DNA of 19,188 nt, taken from contig JBFRWD010000008.1 of the NCBI GenBank assembly GCA_051439425.1, positions 1 to 19,188 on the forward strand. Reading direction: 5' to 3'. Source of the stretch: Synechococcus sp. (GTDB lineage: Bacteria; Cyanobacteriota; Cyanobacteriia; Thermostichales; PCC-7336). This document shows positions 17,302-19,188 of this stretch, piece by piece; the stretch's first letter is position 1, and each line of letters begins with the position of its first letter. The notes beneath the pieces are model-generated. The model was not told the DNA's origin. It searched no databases and saw only the letters and a list, made by a program, of their open reading frames with translations. A program made the translations under genes and the position numbers.

Positions 17302-18294
17302 GTGGTGCGAGTAGGAATTGTTGGAACTGGATTTGCTGCTCGTTTGCGAGCGGAAGCGCTGCTCCGAGATTCGCGCTGTCAGTTGGTTGCGGTGGCGGGT
17401 CGCACTCCTGAGAGAGTGCAAGATTTCGCCGAGAATTTTGGAGCTAAGGGATTCCCGTCAGTTGAGTCTCTTTTATCTGGTGTAGAGCTTGATCTTGTCT
17501 TTGTCAGCACCGTTAATTGCGATCATGCTAGTGCCGCACAGCAAGCTCTTGAAGCAGGCAAACATACTGTTGTGGAATATCCCATCGCATTCGATCTGGC
17601 TCAAGCACGTTCTTTGCTGTCCCTGGCTCATTGTCAGCAAAAATTGCTGCATGTGGAGCATATTGAGCTACTGAGCGGTATCCACCTTACGCTGCGGGAA
17701 GAAGTACCTTCCTTAGGCCGGATTGGATACGTTCAGTACAGTACTATTGCCGCTGCTCGGCCTGCCCCAAAGCGCTGGTCGTATAACCCGAGCTTATTTG
17801 GTTTTCCTCTTGTTGGGGCGATTTCAAGGGTTCATCGTTTAGTCGATCTATTCGGTCCTGTGGAGCATGTATCTTGTCAGTTACGCTACGACGGCCCCAA
17901 TTTGCCCACAATGTTTACGAGCTGTGTGTGTAGTGCGCAGCTCGCGTTTACTAGCGGAGCAATTGCAGATCTAATCTACGCCAAGGGGGAGAATCTGTGG
18001 CGTTCTAGGCGAACCATCGAGGTCCACGGTAGTCATGGCTCCGTGCAGCTAGGGGGAGGCCAAAATGTGGTTATTCGAGCTGATGGCACTCGGAGCGTTT
18101 CGGTTGGCAGTCGTAGAGGATTATTCTATCGAGACACCCATGAAGTGATTCAGCACATTTTGGAAGGTGATTCAATTTACGTTGCCACATCGGATTGCTT
18201 GCATTCCCTGGAAGTGGCACTGGCGGCCCAGACGGCGGCCCAGACAGGCCAGACTGTTCGCTTGTCACCTGCTATCCCTGAAGCACTACCTTAG
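17302..18294 (+). CDS. bvdR: Biliverdin reductase (Gfo/Idh/MocA family), cyanobacterial type
   Basis: VRVGIVGTG, GKH.VVEYP, LLHVEHIELL, PAPKRWSY...FGFPLVGAISR, YAKGE and VGSRRGLF..DT match the Synechocystis BvdR pattern as I recall it. Confidence 0.85.
   Translation: MVRVGIVGTGFAARLRAEALLRDSRCQLVAVAGRTPERVQDFAENFGAKGFPSVESLLSGVELDLVFVSTVNCDHASAAQQALEAGKHTVVEYPIAFDLAQARSLLSLAHCQQKLLHVEHIELLSGIHLTLREEVPSLGRIGYVQYSTIAAARPAPKRWSYNPSLFGFPLVGAISRVHRLVDLFGPVEHVSCQLRYDGPNLPTMFTSCVCSAQLAFTSGAIADLIYAKGENLWRSRRTIEVHGSHGSVQLGGGQNVVIRADGTRSVSVGSRRGLFYRDTHEVIQHILEGDSIYVATSDCLHSLEVALAAQTAAQTGQTVRLSPAIPEALP
18222..18245 (+). repeat. 12-bp perfect tandem duplication in the bvdR 3' end
   Basis: GGCGGCCCAGAC x2, plus a partial third copy, encoding AAQT-AAQT-GQT. 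Confidence 0.8.
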
Positions 18295-18368
18295 ATGCCT
18301 GCTATGTGCCCTTGGTAAGCGAGTCTGGCGATGCACTTGACTCTTGCCTAATGCCTTACTCTGGTGCC

Positions 18369-18908
18369 CTATTCTGAAGGAGAGGGGGGCTCTTCGAAAA
18401 TGATGCCTAGCTGATTGAATGGCACATAGTTGAGGCTTTCTCGAATCGCAGTTTCGGATTGTGTGGGATCCAGACCCAGCTCGACTTTGCGTCTGGCCCG
18501 ATTGACCCGCGCCTGTAGCTGTTCGACCTCTGTGGTGAGAGTTGTCAAACTACGATTGGTGTTTTGTCGGACAGGGTGAAGTTTGACGATGCCGGAAACC
18601 GCGATCGCCGCCCATATAACTGTGAATGAGGCGGCGATCGCGGTTTCCCATATCTGGACTCTGCGGCGCTCTCTTATACGTTGCTGCTGACGGAGATGGG
18701 TGGATGTTTGGCGTGCTGAGGTTGCTACATACTGCGCCTGCCTGCGATCTCGGCGCTCTTGATAATGATGAAAAGGAATAGGTTGTGACTGCGACGCCAC
18801 TTCTGCTGATGCCTGCCTCCGCCTGACAGGCTGTTGTCTCTGCCTGTCTCCCTGGTGATTGGGGAATTTAAGCTCTCGATGTTTGGCTGGTCTGGGTTGA
18901 GATTTCAT
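18369..18908 (-). CDS. Conserved cyanobacterial bitopic membrane protein with coiled coil (FtsL/DivIC-like, slr1601-like)
   Basis: Basic Arg/Gln-rich N-terminus, one TM (IWETAIAASFTVIWAAIAVSGIV), coiled coil (LTTLTTEVEQLQARVNRAR) and a DP...RE..NY tail. Start is ATG 18908 or GTG 18935. Confidence 0.6.
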   Translation of the reverse strand: MKSQPRPAKHRELKFPNHQGDRQRQQPVRRRQASAEVASQSQPIPFHHYQERRDRRQAQYVATSARQTSTHLRQQQRIRERRRVQIWETAIAASFTVIWAAIAVSGIVKLHPVRQNTNRSLTTLTTEVEQLQARVNRARRKVELGLDPTQSETAIRESLNYVPFNQLGIIFEEPPSPSE

Positions 18909-19063
18909 CAGCTTGCCACTCCCTGGCTGCACCACATTTAGTGTATCGTGTCAGCCTGTAAGTTCGCTTTCCTCTATTGGCAGCTTCGTGATAAGTAGGT
19001 CGTCTAAATGAATGTTGCAAGAGCCTGAGGCCTTGTAAGGTCTGACAGATTTCTATCTTGCGT

Positions 19064-19188
19064 CTGAGTACAGGACAAAAGCTTGAAAAGGAACAGAGGT
19101 GGGGGTTTCGTAGGATAACCACAACCAAACGAATCCCCCATGGACGAGGTTAACCTGCTCAGAGAGCGTCTGCGAGCCCACTTTCCCT
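19064..19188 (+). mobile_element. Left end of an IS4-family insertion sequence
   Basis: CTGAGTACAGGACAAAA (19064-19080). Its reverse complement reads TTG TCC TGT ACT (LSCT), the terminus through which this group's transposases run into the right IR. A hairpin and a transposase-like start follow. Confidence 0.75.
19140..19188 (+). CDS. IS4-family transposase, N-terminus (3' truncated by the window)
   Basis: MDEVNLLRERLRAHFP... resembles the M..I..L...L..H..WH.AR start of cyanobacterial IS4 transposases. Only 16 codons are visible. Confidence 0.65.
   Translation, partial: MDEVNLLRERLRAHFP

Larger units (their letters stand above)
2274..18641. repeat. HIP1 octamers (GCGATCGC), dispersed
   Basis: Seen at 2274, 2569, 4041, 4769, 4775, 5125, 7673, 13510, 14267, 14324, 15141, 18601 and 18634. 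Fewer than one copy is expected by chance. Confidence 0.92.

Noticed and set aside
1..19188. CRISPR array, tRNA, rRNA or a defence system
   Set aside because: No regularly spaced repeats, cloverleaf or rRNA-like sequence, and no recognisable defence genes in view. Element cargo lies outside the window.

Overview
Cyanobacterial chromosomal window. Evidence for the lineage: at least 13 HIP1 octamers (GCGATCGC) in 19 kb, a cyanobacterial-type BvdR, DUF2839, and IF2 with a long Pro-rich N-terminus. The left ~2.46 kb is one end of an integrated element. It carries a large serine recombinase (resolvase, recombinase and Zn-ribbon domains, XisF-like architecture) and a convergent chain of translationally coupled small ORFs; the first of these is partial and contains an origin-like inverted repeat. 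The element cuts a comM/yifB AAA+ gene exactly at its Walker B motif (GVLFL-DE becomes GVLFL-N-stop), and a degenerate second copy of the target sequence sits next to the recombinase start. This is the best candidate for a novel system: a possibly excisable, gene-interrupting competence switch. The rest is mostly housekeeping on the minus strand: cpdA-like phosphodiesterase, SAM methyltransferase, DUF2839, argF, Ctp protease, cutA, infB, ylxR, a HAMP-PAS-PAS-GGDEF protein, YqeY, bvdR (plus strand) and an FtsL/DivIC-like membrane protein. There is also an unannotated ~175-nt structured RNA candidate (6S-like rod) and the left end of an IS4-family element at the right edge. All family calls come from motif recognition by eye; no database searches were run.
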